A stretch of DNA of 64,000 bases from Variovorax sp. (lineage in GTDB: Bacteria > Pseudomonadota > Gammaproteobacteria > Burkholderiales > Burkholderiaceae_C), in NCBI GenBank assembly GCA_035476655.1, contig DATILH010000218.1, positions 16,366 to 80,365 of the forward strand. Direction: 5' to 3'. Both the position numbers and the translations under genes were made by a program. This document shows, in pieces, positions 61,340 through 64,000 of this stretch. Positions within the stretch are counted from its first letter, which is position 1. Each line of letters begins with the position of its first letter. The notes under the pieces are model-generated. The model had not been told where the DNA came from, did no database searches, and saw only the letters and a program-made list of their open reading frames with translations.

Positions 61340-61533
61340 ATCGGGTTGGCTTCTACCGCTGGCGCATTGTTGCGCCTCATGCAGGAGGTGCCCCAGGGGA
61401 CGCCGGGCACGCCCTACGAGGCGACGAAGGCGGGGCTCCAAGGGGGCGACGTGGGGCAAGCTGCCACCAATGGGGAAACGATGAAGGTTCAGGGGTGGAC
61501 TGGGGTGGATCGGAGGGCCTCAGGAACCCATGA
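61336..61533 (+). pseudogene. Second copy of the small-gene 5' end (MNRVGFYRWRIV), followed by non-protein-like sequence
   Basis: ATGA overlap with the upstream stop; similarity to the 60861 copy ends after about 12 codons. Confidence 0.4.
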
Positions 61534-62179
61534 AGTATTCGAACTCGTGCACGTTGCGATAGCGCGACTTGCGCGGCGCGCGCGTGTCCGTCAACAGGCC
61601 GCGCAGGAAGTCGGGATGGTCGCGCAGCAGCTTGCGCGACAACGCCGGGTTGCTGCGCACCCAGGCGTGCAGGCCGGAGCAGGCCTTGGATGAAACGAAG
61701 CACTCCGACTCCGACAAGGTCTCGGATTCGCCCTGGTCATGGATGACCATCCCGAACTCGCAGGCCAGCGCCCGGATGCCGTCGGGCGAGAGCCCGTCGA
61801 GCAGGATGCGGTGGTGCGTGCGGTACTTGACCACCGCCCAGCGCCGCCGGCCGTTGGGCTGCAGGTAGTCGGCGCAGTAGGCAATGGAAGCGCTGGTCAG
61901 CAGGCAGTCGGCATCTTCCGAGACGATGAAGGGGCCCTTGAGCACCTGGCCCTTGAAGCGCTGCCCTTCGATGCTGACGTCGATGAAGCTTCGGCCCTTG
62001 AGGCCGTGGTAGCGCACCGGCGCCGCGCCCTTTGCCTTGATGCCTTCGAAGTATTCGACGGCGCGGGCACGCATTTCCTGCTTCCACCTGGCAATGGCAG
62101 CCAGTGCGGGGTCAGGGCCACCGGGCTGTCCTGGTTCGCCCGCCCTTTCCGGGCTGCTGGCGGGTATCGCTGAAGTCAT
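61520..62179 (-). CDS. Hypothetical protein
   Basis: Host-like codon usage and globular composition over about 200 aa; GGAGGAG upstream; no recognised domain. Confidence 0.65.
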   Translation of the reverse strand: MTSAIPASSPERAGEPGQPGGPDPALAAIARWKQEMRARAVEYFEGIKAKGAAPVRYHGLKGRSFIDVSIEGQRFKGQVLKGPFIVSEDADCLLTSASIAYCADYLQPNGRRRWAVVKYRTHHRILLDGLSPDGIRALACEFGMVIHDQGESETLSESECFVSSKACSGLHAWVRSNPALSRKLLRDHPDFLRGLLTDTRAPRKSRYRNVHEFEYFMGS

Positions 62180-62350
62180 TCTCGAAGCTCCTCCGCTGGC
62201 GGTGCATCGAGAAGAACGAACGGCCTGCAGCGTCTTGCAAGGCCGTCCCGAATGATCTGGTGCGCCGCGGGTCAAAAGTACCACCGCGACGCTCCTGAGT
62301 GCTCCTACTGAAGCTGTAGGCGCTGTGCTTTAGTGCACACAATGCTCACT

Positions 62351-63744
62351 TCATTTTGCGAGCGCCAAGGTCTGGGCGCGCATGCGCTCGTAGTCCGGCT
62401 TGGGCACCGGCGGGGCGTCGGGGTTGCCCAGGTCGTTCATGTGCACACGGTAGGTCTCGCGGGCGCTGGCGCAAGCCAGTGCGGCCAGCACCGTCACGGC
62501 GAAGGTGATGCTGCCCACCGTGAGCCAGATGTTGTCGGAGCCGGGAGGCGCGACGGTAGCGAACAGCGCCGGCAGCATCGCCGTGACGGTGGTGCCGAGG
62601 TTCTGCGAGATGGCCATGGCCGAGCAGCGGATGCGGGTGCGGAACAGCTCCGGATAGAAGCTCGGGAAGGTGGCGTTGTAGCCCTGGTAGACCACGCCCC
62701 ACATCAGCAGCGACATAAGAACCGCCAGCGGCACGCTGTGGATGCTGATGGCATACAGGTAGGCGAAGGACAAGAGGCCCGACAGCAGCGCGCCGACGAT
62801 GATCGGCGGCTTGCGCCCGATCTTGTCCGAAAGGTTACCGACAAAGGGAATCACGATCACCGCCAGGATGTTGCCCAGCACCGGAATCCACAGGTACACG
62901 TCCTTCTGGAAGCCGATGCCGTAGGCCGACTGCACCGCGTATGCCGCGCCGAACACGGTGGCCACCACCGGAATCACGTTCATCAGCGCCATGCAGATCA
63001 CGCGCAGCATGTCGCGCCAGCTTTCCTTGATGGCGACGATCACGGGCGACTTCGGCACCTCGCCGTGCTGTGCCTCCTCCGTGAAGGCAGGCGTCTCGGC
63101 CACCTCGCGGCGGATGATGTAGCCGGCCACGATCACGATGAAGGACAGCAGGAAGGGAATGCGCCAGCCCCAGCTGTTGAACGCCTCTTCCGGCATGTAG
63201 TGGGCCAGCGGCAGGAACACGGCGGCCGCCAGGATCTGGCCGGCCTGCACGCCCTGCAGCGTGAAGCTGGCGAAGAAGCCGCGCCGGCCGAAGGGCGCAT
63301 GCTCCAGGATCATCGAGCTGGCGCCCGAGATTTCGCCGGCCACCGCGAAACCCTGGACCAGGCGCAGGATCACCAGCAGCACCGGCGCCAGCAGCCCGAC
63401 CTGGCTATAGGTGGGCAGCAGGCCCACCGCCACGGTCGAGAAGCCCATCAGGAACATGCAGATCAGGAGCACCTGCTTGCGCCCGTGCGTGTCGCCCAGG
63501 TGGCCCAGCACGAAGGCGCCGATGGGCCGCGCAACGTAGCCCACGCCATAGGTCGCGAGCGAGGCGATGATGGCCAGCTTGGGATTGCCCGCGGGAAAGA
63601 AGATCTGCGGAAAGATCAGCGACGCCGCGGTCGCGTAGATGAAGAAGTCGTAGTACTCGAGGGGGCCGAGCCGATCCAGCCGCTGGCAGCGGCTTTCTTC
63701 GACTGGTGCGTGCCCTGCGGCTCATGCTCGTCGGGGGTGGCCAT
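62351..63744 (-). pseudogene. MHS-family MFS transporter (ShiA-like) with a frameshift in a C5 run (pseudogene or sequencing error)
   Basis: N-terminus MATPDEH..ASGWIGSA is out of frame with LEYYDFFIY..ARPIGAFVLGHLGD..GRK; break at 63661-63665. Confidence 0.85.
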
Positions 63745-63793
63745 GGCTTGGAGTCTCCTGCCTGATGTGTGTGGTGAAGGGGGTGAAGGAAAT

Positions 63794-64000
63794 TCAGCTT
63801 TGCAACTGCGCTTCGGAGGCCATGCGGGCCGGCGCATTGCTGGCACCGTAGCCGTCATAGCCGGCGCCGCGGTGCACCAGTTCGAAGAAGAAACCGCCCT
63901 CCTCGAAGCTCTCGGTGTAGATGTGCAGGTAGTCGCTGCCCGCCGGCGAACGGTCGAGCAGCACGCCTGCTTCGCGCAGGCGCGCCAGCAGGGCGGCGTC
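63794..64000 (-). CDS. 3' end of QuiC-like 3-dehydroshikimate dehydratase (HPPD-like C-terminal domain); partial
   Basis: Manual translation ..GVLLDRSPAGSDYLHIYTESFEEGGFFFELVHRGAGYDGYGASNAPARMASEAQLQS*; upstream of a shikimate-type MFS. Confidence 0.8.
   Translation of the reverse strand, partial: DAALLARLREAGVLLDRSPAGSDYLHIYTESFEEGGFFFELVHRGAGYDGYGASNAPARMASEAQLQS

Noticed and set aside
61430..61520. G-run-rich stretch (possible G-quadruplex; GGGGTGGA twice)
   Set aside because: Plausible by chance in high-GC DNA; no functional context to support it.

Overview
High-GC betaproteobacterial chromosome segment; gene content and an intergenic repeat suggest Comamonadaceae (inference, no database search). 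From left to right: (1) a stress/DNA-repair block with a RidA fragment, an AttH/CrtC-like protein, YceH, small proteins, an LpqC/PHB-depolymerase esterase, AsmA, YihY, an HTH-TPR gene directly behind Ku, xth and a LexA-boxed 60-aa gene; (2) Lrp plus ornithine cyclodeaminase, a stand-alone GT2 and pqiAABC; (3) a long minus-strand fatty-acid/acyl-CoA catabolic region with a Liv-type ABC transporter, a PM20D1-like M20 peptidase and an inserted wzx-GT2 pair; (4) selO-msrB-yciB-bolA-PPIase and LysE; (5) a type IV minor-pilin operon followed by a DUF6502-DUF5666 pair; (6) a DODA-type dioxygenase, purL, map and glnD; (7) a roughly 3.4 kb accessory patch; (8) a frameshifted MHS-type MFS transporter and the 3' end of a QuiC-like dehydratase. 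The most unusual structure is the accessory patch. A 37-bp inverted repeat pair (34/37 identical) brackets an endostatin/lectin-like gene with a 4x8-bp tandem repeat, and each arm sits just upstream of an outward-facing ATG. Next to it, two broken copies of one small gene flank a secreted-protein gene. No rRNA, tRNA, CRISPR, transposase or integrase was recognised. All family assignments are from motif recognition by eye.
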